This document shows positions 1 to 9,468 of a stretch of DNA of 64,000 bases, piece by piece (within the stretch, counting starts at the first letter, position 1; the number at the start of each line of letters is the position of its first letter). Under the pieces are notes generated by a model. That model worked only from the letters and a program-made list of their open reading frames with translations. It was not told the origin of the DNA and made no database searches. Position numbers and translations under genes: made by a program. This DNA is from Nitrospira sp. CG24B (lineage in GTDB: Bacteria; Nitrospirota; Nitrospiria; Nitrospirales; Nitrospiraceae), in the NCBI GenBank assembly GCA_002869845.2, contig NEWS02000003.1:11607-75606 (forward strand). The letters run 5' to 3'.

Positions 1-138
1 CGAGAGACCGACCGACCCCCACGCCAATCGATGGGCCAGATCGTGAGAATAGCGGGATCCCAGCAGTCCGTTCATCAGAACCGCGAGCAGCGGAAACACA
101 GGAATCAACTTAATGAGGAGATCAGTCAAATCGGACAC
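1..138 (-). CDS. nuoL: NADH-quinone oxidoreductase subunit L, 5' fragment (runs off window start)
   Basis: Manual translation from GTG at 138: MSDLTDLLIKLIPVFPLLAVLMNGLLGSRYSHDLAHRLAWGSVGLS; NuoL-type N-terminal helix directly after nuoK. Not in the ORF track. Confidence 0.85.
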   Translation of the reverse strand, partial: MSDLTDLLIKLIPVFPLLAVLMNGLLGSRYSHDLAHRLAWGSVGLS

Positions 139-273
139 AGTCTCGTGCCATTCCGAGGATGTTCACCTAGCCAACTATTGCTCATGGAGCCGGGTCCTAA
201 AGCGTACGCTTGGAAGTACGTCGAGGGCTACAAGCTACCGACTGCGCTGTTGGAGGTGATTATCCACATCCTG

Positions 274-576
274 CTACCACTTTAATAGGTTCATTTCATC
301 CACATTCGTGGAAATCTTGCCTCTGAACACAACGATGATGATGGCCAACCCGACGGCCGCTTCGCCCGCAGCAATCGCAATGATAAACAGGGCTACAAGT
401 TGCCCTGCCATCGATTCCAAGTAATGTGAAAAGGCGACCAGATTGATATTGGCCGCATTCATCATGATTTCAACTGACAGCAGCACAATGATGAAGTTCC
501 GTCTGACAAGTACACCCGTGAGCCCTATGATAAATAGGACAGCACTGACGGCTGTATAAGCAGACAACGGGATCAT
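274..576 (-). CDS. nuoK: NADH-quinone oxidoreductase subunit K
   Basis: 100 aa with three TM helices; RRNFIIVLLSVEIMMNA and AIAAGEAAVGLAI motifs. Confidence 0.97.
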   Translation of the reverse strand: MIPLSAYTAVSAVLFIIGLTGVLVRRNFIIVLLSVEIMMNAANINLVAFSHYLESMAGQLVALFIIAIAAGEAAVGLAIIIVVFRGKISTNVDEMNLLKW

Positions 577-1100
577 GATCGCCCTCTCTCCGTATCGAGC
601 TGTTTCGGCGTCTTGGCCAGGACAATCGCACCAATGACAGCTCCAAGCAGAAAGATGCCGACGATCTCAAACTGCAAAAGATGGTCGCTGAACATCTTAA
701 TACCCACGGCGTAGGTATCCCCGTCTTGCAGCACGGCAGCGGCCGGCGTATCCCCCTTCGCACCATCAAATGGAGACCGCAGGAGGTTGTATAGAACGTA
801 GCTGGCCCCCAAGACAGCAGGCCCCAGAACATACAACGCTGATTGGTGGAAATATCGTTCGTCCGTTTTGAGATTCATCAACATCAACACAAAGAGATAC
901 AGCACCAGAATAGCTCCGACATAGACGATGACTTGCACGGCCCACAGAAACTCCGCGTTCAGGAGGATGAACAGGCCGGAAACGTGCATCAGCAACGCAA
1001 GCAAGGAGAGCGCACAGTGAACCGGGTGCCGTAAGGTCACCGTCAAAACTCCGGCGGCAATACTGATCAATGCGAAATACGTGAAGAACACTCCCACCAT
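573..1100 (-). CDS. nuoJ: NADH-quinone oxidoreductase subunit J
   Basis: HPVHCALSL, LNAEFLWAVQVIVYVGAILVLYLFVLM and FEIVGIFLLGAVIGAIVL motifs; 4-bp overlap with nuoK. Confidence 0.96.
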   Translation of the reverse strand: MVGVFFTYFALISIAAGVLTVTLRHPVHCALSLLALLMHVSGLFILLNAEFLWAVQVIVYVGAILVLYLFVLMLMNLKTDERYFHQSALYVLGPAVLGASYVLYNLLRSPFDGAKGDTPAAAVLQDGDTYAVGIKMFSDHLLQFEIVGIFLLGAVIGAIVLAKTPKQLDTERGRS

Positions 1101-1109
1101 GGGTCCAGC

Positions 1110-1697
1110 TCAACTCAGATGTTTCGGAGGTGGTTGGGTCGACTTCTGTACTGACTGCGGGAAATAGTAACGGTACTCGCGACTCTGCTCGACATTTTTC
1201 TCTTGGTTGTGCGCATATAAATATTTCTTCCCATCATCGAGGTGGCGTTCGCCAATGTCGTATAACCGCTTTTTGTCGAACAGCAGACTGCGTTTGTCGT
1301 GGGTGGAATATTCGTACATCTTGGTCATCGCCAGCGCGTTGACTGGACAGGCCTCAACACAATAGCCGCAGAAAACGCATTTCGTGATATCGATATAGAA
1401 TTCGCTGGCGTAGCGCTGAAGTGGACGGGTCGTATCCTCCGCACTAATAACCTTAATGCAATGCGATGGACAGGCGGCCTCGCACAGATCGCAGCCGACG
1501 CACCGCTCGTGCCCATCGTCGTATCGAAGCAAGCCAAGCGCACCGCGATGCGCATCCGGAATCGTGCGCTGTTCCCGTGGATACTGAAACGTCATCGGTC
1601 GATGAAGCATGTGCCGAAACGTGACTTTCATCGCATCCCAAATCTCATAGAAGAGCGCGGCCTGAAGGATTTTTTTGGTCAGGGCTACGACACTCAT
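1110..1697 (-). CDS. nuoI: NADH-quinone oxidoreductase subunit I (2x[4Fe-4S])
   Basis: QYP..R, CVGCDLCEAACP and CVFCGYCVEACP; start moved to ATG 1697 (MSVVAL) after a GAGGAG RBS. Confidence 0.95.
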   Translation of the reverse strand: MSVVALTKKILQAALFYEIWDAMKVTFRHMLHRPMTFQYPREQRTIPDAHRGALGLLRYDDGHERCVGCDLCEAACPSHCIKVISAEDTTRPLQRYASEFYIDITKCVFCGYCVEACPVNALAMTKMYEYSTHDKRSLLFDKKRLYDIGERHLDDGKKYLYAHNQEKNVEQSREYRYYFPQSVQKSTQPPPKHLS

Positions 1698-1739
1698 CGT
1701 AAACTCCTCGTCACGAACGGGCAACCGATAGACATCCGC

Positions 1740-4433
1740 TTATACCTGTTCAATACTCACCCAGATCTGCTTGAACGACGGGACACCAGTCGTGGCATCA
1801 ACCGACACCGTCATCAAATCCTTGACTGGCGGTTCGTTAAAATGCTCCGGGAAAAAGCACGTGCCAGGCGCAATGGACTGGTCAGGCTGCACACCAAGCT
1901 GAAGGGAGCCCCGATCCGAGATCAGACGCACCTTCACCCCATCGTGCAGTCCAAGACGTTCCATATCTTGTATGTTCATCCGCAGCTTCCCGGTGTTTGG
2001 AGCGATTGTTATAAGCCCAGACGCTTGCGTCGACAGCTTTCCCGAATGCATCAGCACCTGCCCCATCAACAGCGCAAAAGGCCTTGTGCGTTCCCCTGAC
2101 AAAGGAGTAGGGCGATAACGAGCCTTGACCTCTGCCTCATAGCCGGCAGACAAATACTGGTCAGGAACCGGCAGTACTTTGCGGGGTTGGCCCAGATTGT
2201 AGTATCCGGGCAGCAGTTTCATGATCTCAGCTTGAATATCGTTGGGCGATTGGTATTCCCATCGACACCCCATGGCGTTGGCCAGGGCCGTCATGATGTG
2301 CCAGTCCGGCAGGCTTTCTCCAAGCGGATCCATCGCCTGACGAACGCGAAGCACACGACCTTCAAGGTTGGTAAATGTGCCGTCCTTTTCCGCGTAGGTA
2401 CAGGCTGGAAGCACACAATGAGCCATCTTCGCCGTATCGGTCAAGAAAGGATCTTGCACCACCAGCAGTTCGAGCCGTTCGAGACCAGCACGCACCTCCA
2501 TCGAAGCCGGCAAGGTCGCGAGCGGATTTTCGCCGAGCACATACAACGCTTTAATCTGGCCGCTCTTACACCGCTTCAATATTTCAACGAGGTGGGCACT
2601 CGATCCGGTCGGAGGAAGCGGCGCCTCCCATGCTCTGGCAAACCGGTCCCTCGCTGCGGGATCGTCAAACCGAGCTTGCCCAGGGAAAAACTCGGGAGCC
2701 ACGCCCATATCCACGGCCCCTTGTTCGTTCGGCTCCTCCGTCACCGTGTTCACACCACAACCTGTTCGACCAAGCTTGCCGGTGATCCAGGCTAGATCCA
2801 TTAGCTTTAGGACGTTTTGATAGCCGTTCGTTCGCCTGACAATCCCTTCCGCACAGAGGATGATGGACCTCGTCGATTCGGCAAAAATAGCTGCAATTTC
2901 GCGGAAGGCTTCTACGGAAAGGCCGGTCTGAGCGGCTAGCCGCTCCAACGAAACATCCGCCACCGCGTTTTTGAGCGCTTCAAACGCGTGGGGGTGTTTT
3001 CCAACAGCCTCTTCGTCCACCAGATCCTGGTCAATGGTCGCCCTGACCAACCCATCGATCACGGCTCCTTCCGTCCCAGGCTTGATCAAAAATGGATGTG
3101 ATGCCAACTTGGCAATATTTGTGATGGCGCTGTCGAGCGTCACCACCTGCGCCTTGTAAACCCGCATGGCTTCTTTGATTCGCACAGCAGTCAACGGATT
3201 CGTCTCGGTAATATTGGAACCGATCAAAATGATGGCTTTCGCTTTCGTCAGATCTTCCCAATCATTGGGCGTTCTTCCCAGTCCAACAGCATGTTTAGAG
3301 GCAAGCACAAAATTCATATGGCCGTAGCGGGCGCTGCTATCGAGCTGGTTGGTACCAAACACCGTGCGCATGAGCTTTTGAAACAAATACAACTCTTCGT
3401 TCGTACAGCGGGCCGTCACGAGGCCAGCGATGGCATCGGCACCATATTGGCGTTTGATTTCGGTAAAACGGCCTACGAGCAGATCCATCGTGTCCAGCCA
3501 AGGTTTCTGCACCAACTGACCGCCTTCACGGACCAGGGGCTGTGTAAGCCGGCTCTTACTATCCAGATTTTCGAACCCAAAACGTCCACGTACGCAGAGC
3601 CCACCGTGTCCCTTGGCAGTCTCCGATCGGTCTCCCCACTTATTCTTCCAAGATAATGGGGAGGTGACTCGGACCACCTCTTCATCTTTCGTTTCCAAAT
3701 GGAGTTGGCACCCGTCTCCGCAGTAATTGCAGGTCGTCGTCGTCGTCTTCATCTGCCACGGTTTATACAGATACTTGGAAAACTTGTTCGTGATGGCGCC
3801 AACCGGACAGACCGCTAAACAATCTCCGCAGAATTCGCAATCGAGGGCGAGGTCGCCCTTGGCCACGACCTGATTGAATCCACCCTTCTTCATGAACTGC
3901 AAGGCATCGATCATCAACACATCCTTGCAAACATTGATGCATTCTGCGCAGGCGATGCAGCGATTCATGTTGAAGTCGAGCACGGGACTGCGCGTATCTT
4001 CCGGAATGAATTTCTGCTTGGCACTGGCCAGATTCGTCACACCATGCTGAAAGGCCATATCTTGAAGTTCACAATGGCCGTCCGCATCGCACACTGGACA
4101 GTCGAGAGGATGTACAGACAGATGTTTCTCGACGGCTTTCTTCCGGGCGAGAAAGAGATCCTCGCCTTCAGTACGGATCACCATTCCCGCCGCCGCCTTG
4201 GCAGTACAGGACCGAACTGGAGCCTTCTTCCCCTCTTGCATGACGAGGCACATCCCGCAAGAACCGAACGGGTCAAATGTGTAGTGGTAACACATGGCCG
4301 GGATGATCTTGCCTGTCATCGAGATGACGTCGTACAACGACACGCCGTCCTGTGCCGTGACGGATTTTCCGTCGATGCTCAATTCGATCCTTACCGCTTC
4401 GACGTCTGGATTAGTAGCCGGCTTCAAACCCAT
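1740..4433 (-). CDS. nuoG: NuoG-like Fe-S subunit (molybdopterin oxidoreductase / FdsA-like scaffold)
   Basis: [2Fe-2S] C..GSCGMC..C; HPLDCPVCDADGHC; two CxxCxxCxxxC motifs; CNYCGDGC; position inside the nuo operon. Confidence 0.9.
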   Translation of the reverse strand: MGLKPATNPDVEAVRIELSIDGKSVTAQDGVSLYDVISMTGKIIPAMCYHYTFDPFGSCGMCLVMQEGKKAPVRSCTAKAAAGMVIRTEGEDLFLARKKAVEKHLSVHPLDCPVCDADGHCELQDMAFQHGVTNLASAKQKFIPEDTRSPVLDFNMNRCIACAECINVCKDVLMIDALQFMKKGGFNQVVAKGDLALDCEFCGDCLAVCPVGAITNKFSKYLYKPWQMKTTTTTCNYCGDGCQLHLETKDEEVVRVTSPLSWKNKWGDRSETAKGHGGLCVRGRFGFENLDSKSRLTQPLVREGGQLVQKPWLDTMDLLVGRFTEIKRQYGADAIAGLVTARCTNEELYLFQKLMRTVFGTNQLDSSARYGHMNFVLASKHAVGLGRTPNDWEDLTKAKAIILIGSNITETNPLTAVRIKEAMRVYKAQVVTLDSAITNIAKLASHPFLIKPGTEGAVIDGLVRATIDQDLVDEEAVGKHPHAFEALKNAVADVSLERLAAQTGLSVEAFREIAAIFAESTRSIILCAEGIVRRTNGYQNVLKLMDLAWITGKLGRTGCGVNTVTEEPNEQGAVDMGVAPEFFPGQARFDDPAARDRFARAWEAPLPPTGSSAHLVEILKRCKSGQIKALYVLGENPLATLPASMEVRAGLERLELLVVQDPFLTDTAKMAHCVLPACTYAEKDGTFTNLEGRVLRVRQAMDPLGESLPDWHIMTALANAMGCRWEYQSPNDIQAEIMKLLPGYYNLGQPRKVLPVPDQYLSAGYEAEVKARYRPTPLSGERTRPFALLMGQVLMHSGKLSTQASGLITIAPNTGKLRMNIQDMERLGLHDGVKVRLISDRGSLQLGVQPDQSIAPGTCFFPEHFNEPPVKDLMTVSVDATTGVPSFKQIWVSIEQV

Positions 4434-4518
4434 GGTTCTTCTCCGTGAAAGGAAAAACGAGAACCGTAAAACAAACCCCTGATTTTACCTTTCACCTTGC
4501 ACATCTCACGCGTCACGT

Positions 4519-5763
4519 TTATCGGTCACACTCGCCCATCACGATATCGTAGGTCCCGAATATGGTACAGGCATCCGAGATCATATACCCTCTGGCCATA
4601 TGATCGAAGGCGCCCATGTGTATGAACGAAGGGGCTCGAATCTTGAGTCGATAGGGCTTTCCGCCCCCCGTACTGACGATGTAAAAGCCCAGCTCCCCTT
4701 TGTGCGCTTCTGTACCGCAGTAGACTTCGCCCGGTGGAGCATCGAACCCCTGCGAGAAGAGCTTGAACTGTTGGATCATCGCCTCTAGATTTGTAAAGAC
4801 GCGTTCTTTCGGCGGCAGCGTCACGCTTGGAACATCCGCCATGACGGGCCCCTCTTGCATCTGCTCCAGACATTGCCGAATGATCTTGACGCTCTCGTAG
4901 AGCTCCATCACCCGAATCCAGTAACGATCGTACGTATCCCCGTTTTTTCCGACAGGCACGCTGAACTCGCACTTTGGATAGGCGCTATAGGGCTCATACT
5001 TGCGAAGGTCGTAGTCCACGCCGGATCCGCGGAGAACTGGCCCGCTCAGCCCAAAACTGACCGCATCTTCTGCTGAAATCACGGCGACCCCTTTGGTGCG
5101 CCCAAGCCAAATGCGGTTTTTCTCAAGAAACACTTGATATTCATCGATCTTCGGCGGGAAGTAGTCGAGAAACTGCTTGAGCTTGTCGATCAACGACGGC
5201 GTCAAGTCCCGCTCAACCCCACCGATTCGGTACCAGCTCGTTGTGAGGCGAGCGCCACACAGCTCGTCGAACCAATCAAGCAGGATTTCGCGATCCCGAA
5301 AACAGTAAAAAAAGACGGTCATGGCTCCAATATCAAGCGCCTGGGCGCTCAGCCAAAATTGGTGTCCAATGATGCGCTGAACTTCCGCAACGATCGTCCG
5401 TAAATATTCAGCTCGTTCCGGGACCTGTAAATTTAAAAGTTTCTCGACGGCTCGGCAGTAGGCAAAGTTGTTGTACATTGCGCAGACATAGTCGAGTCGA
5501 TCCGTATGAGGAATGAACTGATGATATGTGCCGTCTTCGGCAAGCTTTTCTACTCCCCGGTGGAGATACCCCATGACTGGCGTGGACTTCACCAGCCGCT
5601 CCCCTTCCAGCTCTAGAATTACCTTGAGCACCCCATGGGTACTGGGATGTTGCGGCCCCATATTGAGCAAGAGCTCCTCGGTTCGTAAGGTCGGGAGCGT
5701 CTCGCTTTCCGGGTGTTCCGGGTTGACCTTATAAACAGTGGTTCTTTGATCTTCGAATGCCAT
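4519..5763 (-). CDS. nuoD: NADH-quinone oxidoreductase subunit D
   Basis: LNMGPQHPSTHGVL, GYLHRGVEK, RLDY, C-terminal DIVMGECDR. Confidence 0.98.
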   Translation of the reverse strand: MAFEDQRTTVYKVNPEHPESETLPTLRTEELLLNMGPQHPSTHGVLKVILELEGERLVKSTPVMGYLHRGVEKLAEDGTYHQFIPHTDRLDYVCAMYNNFAYCRAVEKLLNLQVPERAEYLRTIVAEVQRIIGHQFWLSAQALDIGAMTVFFYCFRDREILLDWFDELCGARLTTSWYRIGGVERDLTPSLIDKLKQFLDYFPPKIDEYQVFLEKNRIWLGRTKGVAVISAEDAVSFGLSGPVLRGSGVDYDLRKYEPYSAYPKCEFSVPVGKNGDTYDRYWIRVMELYESVKIIRQCLEQMQEGPVMADVPSVTLPPKERVFTNLEAMIQQFKLFSQGFDAPPGEVYCGTEAHKGELGFYIVSTGGGKPYRLKIRAPSFIHMGAFDHMARGYMISDACTIFGTYDIVMGECDR

Positions 5764-5778
5764 GATGGTAGAGCGATC

Positions 5779-6276
5779 CTATCGCGGAACTTCATCCAGA
5801 AAATCAAACGTGTCTCGCCAGCCTTTGCCGCGAAGCGGAAAATCCTTACGCAAGGGATAGCCCTCGGTATAGTCATCCGGCATGAGAATCCGTCGAAGAT
5901 CAGGATGATTCCGAAACCGGATACCCATCATGTCGAAGACTTCACGTTCCATGAAATCGGCACCCTTCCAAAGAGCCGTCAAGGAATCAACAACACAATC
6001 CGATTCAGGCACTCGCGTCTTCAGTCGGATGCGATGCCTCTTCCGAATCGAGTAGAACTCCCACACCACTTCGAATCGCTCTTCATCGTCGGGCCAATCC
6101 ACGGAACTCACATGGACGATATAATCGAAATCCATCCCGGGATCGTTGCGCAGAAACTGAGCCACTTCATGAAGTTTGTCTCGCGTAACGGTCACTGCCG
6201 CATCACCTCGCCACTCAGCCAAGCCAGTGATTCCAACCGAAAACGTCTGCTGAATTCGTTGCAGCAATGGATGCAT
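5779..6276 (-). CDS. nuoC: NADH-quinone oxidoreductase subunit C
   Basis: EREVFDMMGIRFRNHPDLRRILMP..GYPLRKDFPL. Confidence 0.98.
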   Translation of the reverse strand: MHPLLQRIQQTFSVGITGLAEWRGDAAVTVTRDKLHEVAQFLRNDPGMDFDYIVHVSSVDWPDDEERFEVVWEFYSIRKRHRIRLKTRVPESDCVVDSLTALWKGADFMEREVFDMMGIRFRNHPDLRRILMPDDYTEGYPLRKDFPLRGKGWRDTFDFLDEVPR

Positions 6277-6284
6277 ACAATGCG

Positions 6285-6812
6285 TCAGACCTTCAGACCG
6301 GCCCTAACCTGTTCTGGCTGAGTCACAAACACACGTTTTTGCATAATACGCTCCTGCAGCTTCAGGATGCCGTCCAAGAGCGCTTCCGGCGTCGGAGGGC
6401 AGCCAGGCACATAAATGTCAACGGGAACAAATCGATCAACTCCCTGTACGACACTGTAACTGTCATAGATGTTCCCTGACGTGGCGCAGGAACCCATCGC
6501 AATCACGTACTTAGGTTCCGGCATTTGGTCATAAATCTTTCGAATCACCGGTGCCATACGTCGGCACACAGTTCCAGCAACGATCATCAAATCTGACTGC
6601 CGCGGCGAGCCACGAAACACGCCTGCCCCAAACCGATCCATGTCGTACCGAGAAGAAACAGCAGCCATCATCTCGATGGCGCAGCAAGCGAGCCCAAAGG
6701 TCATCGGCCAGAGAGAACCTTTTCTCGCCCAATTCACGGCTTTTTCAAGAGACCCCGTGATGACGTCCGGAGCCGCGTCTTTCTCATGCCGTCCCAGATG
6801 GATCAGTCCCAT
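6285..6812 (-). CDS. nuoB: NADH-quinone oxidoreductase subunit B
   Basis: [28 protein letters not shown]. Confidence 0.98.
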   Translation of the reverse strand: MGLIHLGRHEKDAAPDVITGSLEKAVNWARKGSLWPMTFGLACCAIEMMAAVSSRYDMDRFGAGVFRGSPRQSDLMIVAGTVCRRMAPVIRKIYDQMPEPKYVIAMGSCATSGNIYDSYSVVQGVDRFVPVDIYVPGCPPTPEALLDGILKLQERIMQKRVFVTQPEQVRAGLKV

Positions 6813-6819
6813 ACAATCC

Positions 6820-7203
6820 TCAGTCCCACTCCAGCGCGCCTTTTCGCCAGGCGTAGACGTAGGCCACGATGAACAAGCCTATAAAAATCATCATTTCAAT
6901 CAGCCCAATCACCCCGATCTTGGTGAAGACGACCGCCCACGGGTAGAGGAAGATCACTTCAATGTCGAAGATGACAAACAACATGGCAAAAATGTAATAC
7001 CGGACAGGAAATGGCATACGGGCGTCGGAAAATGGTTCAGCTCCACATTCATAGGTCGATAACTTTTCTGGCTCTGGATACCGGGGCTGCACAAAATAAC
7101 TGACGACTAAGGTCGCCACCCCAAAGGCCAAGGCTACCAAGATAAAGAGAAAGATCGGGAAAAACTTCGTCAGGTAATCAAGAAGAACTTCGGTCTCGGC
7201 CAT
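6820..7203 (-). CDS. nuoA: NADH-quinone oxidoreductase subunit A
   Basis: [29 protein letters not shown]. Confidence 0.98.
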   Translation of the reverse strand: MAETEVLLDYLTKFFPIFLFILVALAFGVATLVVSYFVQPRYPEPEKLSTYECGAEPFSDARMPFPVRYYIFAMLFVIFDIEVIFLYPWAVVFTKIGVIGLIEMMIFIGLFIVAYVYAWRKGALEWD

Positions 7204-7634
7204 TTAGCTTTCTCTCACAAGGCATTGACCTAAAAAGGATATTATAGATATGACGGGTGAAATCTTAGTGCCCCTGTCTCGGGGATAGCAAGCGAACAAA
7301 GGACCTAATTCAGGCGGACCCGAAAGCCCTAGGGAAAGCGGTCTGGAAGCGGAGAGTAGGTTGAGCGGTTACATTCTTGTGGCAACTCACAATCAGACAC
7401 CAAGTGCCGAATCTCTTTCGCCTTACTCATTACTCCACAAGAAGATGGGCTAGTCTGGGAACTTTCCCATTCAGATTCCAGAGGAGAAAACGCTTTGACC
7501 GTTCGTCGCCGATGGATTTGTGTATCGATTCGCTCCTTCTGGCGGAAACCACTGGAAAGACGCTGACCCTCTTTTTCACTACCATTCATCGGTCAGTCAC
7601 CATGCCCCGGTCAGGTAAAGAATGACAAGATCTC

Positions 7635-7664
7635 ACGTTAGCACTAGAAAGAACGGCCCGTCAA
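7635..7664 (-). promoter_or_regulatory. Candidate sigma70 promoter for the nuo operon
   Basis: Minus strand TTGACG-N18-TAACGT with an extended -10 TG; motif match only. Confidence 0.45.
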
Positions 7665-7689
7665 ACTCCTACCAATCCAGCTCAAATTC

Positions 7690-7717
7690 TTGACAATACA
7701 GCGTCTTTTGCTATGGT
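7690..7717 (+). promoter_or_regulatory. Candidate sigma70 promoter for the OmpA-domain gene
   Basis: TTGACA-N16-TATGGT with an extended -10 TG, 36 nt before the ATG. Confidence 0.55.
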
Positions 7718-7753
7718 TTTCAAAGCAACACTAGCCTCAAAAGGAATCCACCT

Positions 7754-9316
7754 ATGAAAACCTTCGCCCCTCTCGTCTTGGTCCTGTGTTCAGGAATCGG
7801 CGTCTCGCTTGATAAAGCGTTGGCACAGGCACCAGAGATTGATTCCGTTCGATTTTCAGATGCCGCGCGCGCCTTTTCTCATGGTGCTATCCAGAAAACG
7901 TCTCCGATCGACGGAACCGTAAACTTGATAACTGGTGATAATCAGTCGACGGGCAATCGCATGCTGCTTGGCAAGCGCGATTCACTCTATCTCAAGCTCA
8001 ATAACCCCACTGAGGTAGCAGTTGGCGATCTTTTCACCGTCTACCGGCGTGTTCGGAAAGTATTTCACCCAGTGACTAATGAATACCTTGGATTTGTTGT
8101 GAATCGTTCGGCGATCGTGAAGGTGACCGCAGCCGACCACGCTCTCACGACCGTAGAGGCCGTGCACAGCTATGGACCAATTTCCCCCGGGGACCCCGTC
8201 ATGCGTTTTGTGGCGCCGGCGCCAGACACCGAGGCAAGCCCTGCGTCGAACATCTCCGACCTGGAGGGTATGATTGTTGAACTCCAGGCCGACCGGACAA
8301 TGACCCTCGTTTCACAATCAAATGTTGTGTATGTGGATCGAGGGAGAGAGGACGGACTAAAGACCAGCGATCTCCTCGAGATTCACCGTCACAGTGCCGG
8401 ACTTCCTCCACGAAAGATCGGCCAGCTCAGGGTCCTGTCAGTGGAATCTCACACGGCAACTGCCATTATCCTTAAAGCCAATACCCGCGTCTTCAAAGGA
8501 GACCGATTCAAGCTCGTTGGAAACGCGGCACCCCCTACTCAACCAGTAGGCGTCATCCCGGAATCGCCCACAACTCAGGCCAGTCAAACGGTTCCAGCCA
8601 ATCTGGTAGCCAGCAAGCTGAAAATACAGGATGCATCAGGACAAAGCCGACTCAACCTTGGAGATCTCGCGAAGTTCCTGCACTACGACTCAGGGGATGC
8701 GGCTATTAAGCCTGACAATTACAAAGTGCTCGATCAGTTGATTGATTACCTGCACACCAGCAGCGACATGAGGATGATCCGAATCGAGGGCCATGCAGAT
8801 AACATGGAGATCGGCCCTTCCCTCAAATCGCGGTATCCAAGCAATTTGGAATTGTCCAAAGTGCGCGCGCACGGAGTCCTCCGGTATCTTATTGAAAAGG
8901 GCGGTGTTGAACCGAAACGGATCAGTGCGGTGGGTTTGGGTGATACCAAACCAACTGCTACGAATATGGTAGAAGACGGTCGCACGAAGAATCGCCGTGT
9001 AGAAATTCTTCTGTATACTCCGGACACGGAGACTCCGGCACCTAAACCAGAGATTGAGACTCACGTGCAAAAGCCGGAAGGAAGGCTTTCCACTGTGAGT
9101 GCTCGTGACGACAACGACCAGCCGCTTCCCGCTACTACTTCCGTCACGACTGATTCCCCTGGTCGAGGAACCATGGCTACGGGCGACTCTCCAGAGACTC
9201 CCTCAAAGGATAGGTCAAATTCTGCCAATAACCCTGATGAGAGTGGCTCAACATCGCCTGACACAAACAAGAAAGATAATCCTCAGCAGCCAACCGCCGG
9301 AACCCAGACGGAATAG
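7754..9316 (+). CDS. Exported protein: TsaP/FlgT-like beta domains + OmpA-like peptidoglycan-binding domain + disordered tail
   Basis: N-terminal signal peptide; GDLFTVYRRVRKVFHPVTNEYLG; VYVDRGREDGL; OmpA-C motifs IEGHADN, NLELSKVRA, GRTKNRRVEI. Confidence 0.75.
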   Translation: MKTFAPLVLVLCSGIGVSLDKALAQAPEIDSVRFSDAARAFSHGAIQKTSPIDGTVNLITGDNQSTGNRMLLGKRDSLYLKLNNPTEVAVGDLFTVYRRVRKVFHPVTNEYLGFVVNRSAIVKVTAADHALTTVEAVHSYGPISPGDPVMRFVAPAPDTEASPASNISDLEGMIVELQADRTMTLVSQSNVVYVDRGREDGLKTSDLLEIHRHSAGLPPRKIGQLRVLSVESHTATAIILKANTRVFKGDRFKLVGNAAPPTQPVGVIPESPTTQASQTVPANLVASKLKIQDASGQSRLNLGDLAKFLHYDSGDAAIKPDNYKVLDQLIDYLHTSSDMRMIRIEGHADNMEIGPSLKSRYPSNLELSKVRAHGVLRYLIEKGGVEPKRISAVGLGDTKPTATNMVEDGRTKNRRVEILLYTPDTETPAPKPEIETHVQKPEGRLSTVSARDDNDQPLPATTSVTTDSPGRGTMATGDSPETPSKDRSNSANNPDESGSTSPDTNKKDNPQQPTAGTQTE

Positions 9317-9468
9317 CATCGGACCGAGACGGGGATACGTCGGTACTGGAGTCGCCCCCAAGGGTCTTGTCAAACACCTTCCTCGCCGAGAACGCCGGTG
9401 TCCTTCACATTTCCAGACTGCTAGAATGCGACATGGATTCCGATGGGCTCTCGACCGTTCCGCGTCAA

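Noticed and set aside
139-273. Regulatory element in the nuoK-nuoL spacer (AAGCGTACGCTT palindrome)
   Set aside because: Isolated 12-bp palindrome without supporting structure or a second copy.
7260-7400. c-di-GMP (GEMM) riboswitch in the nuo leader
   Set aside because: GAAA-containing stems are present, but the GCAAA..GACGCAAAGC core is not.
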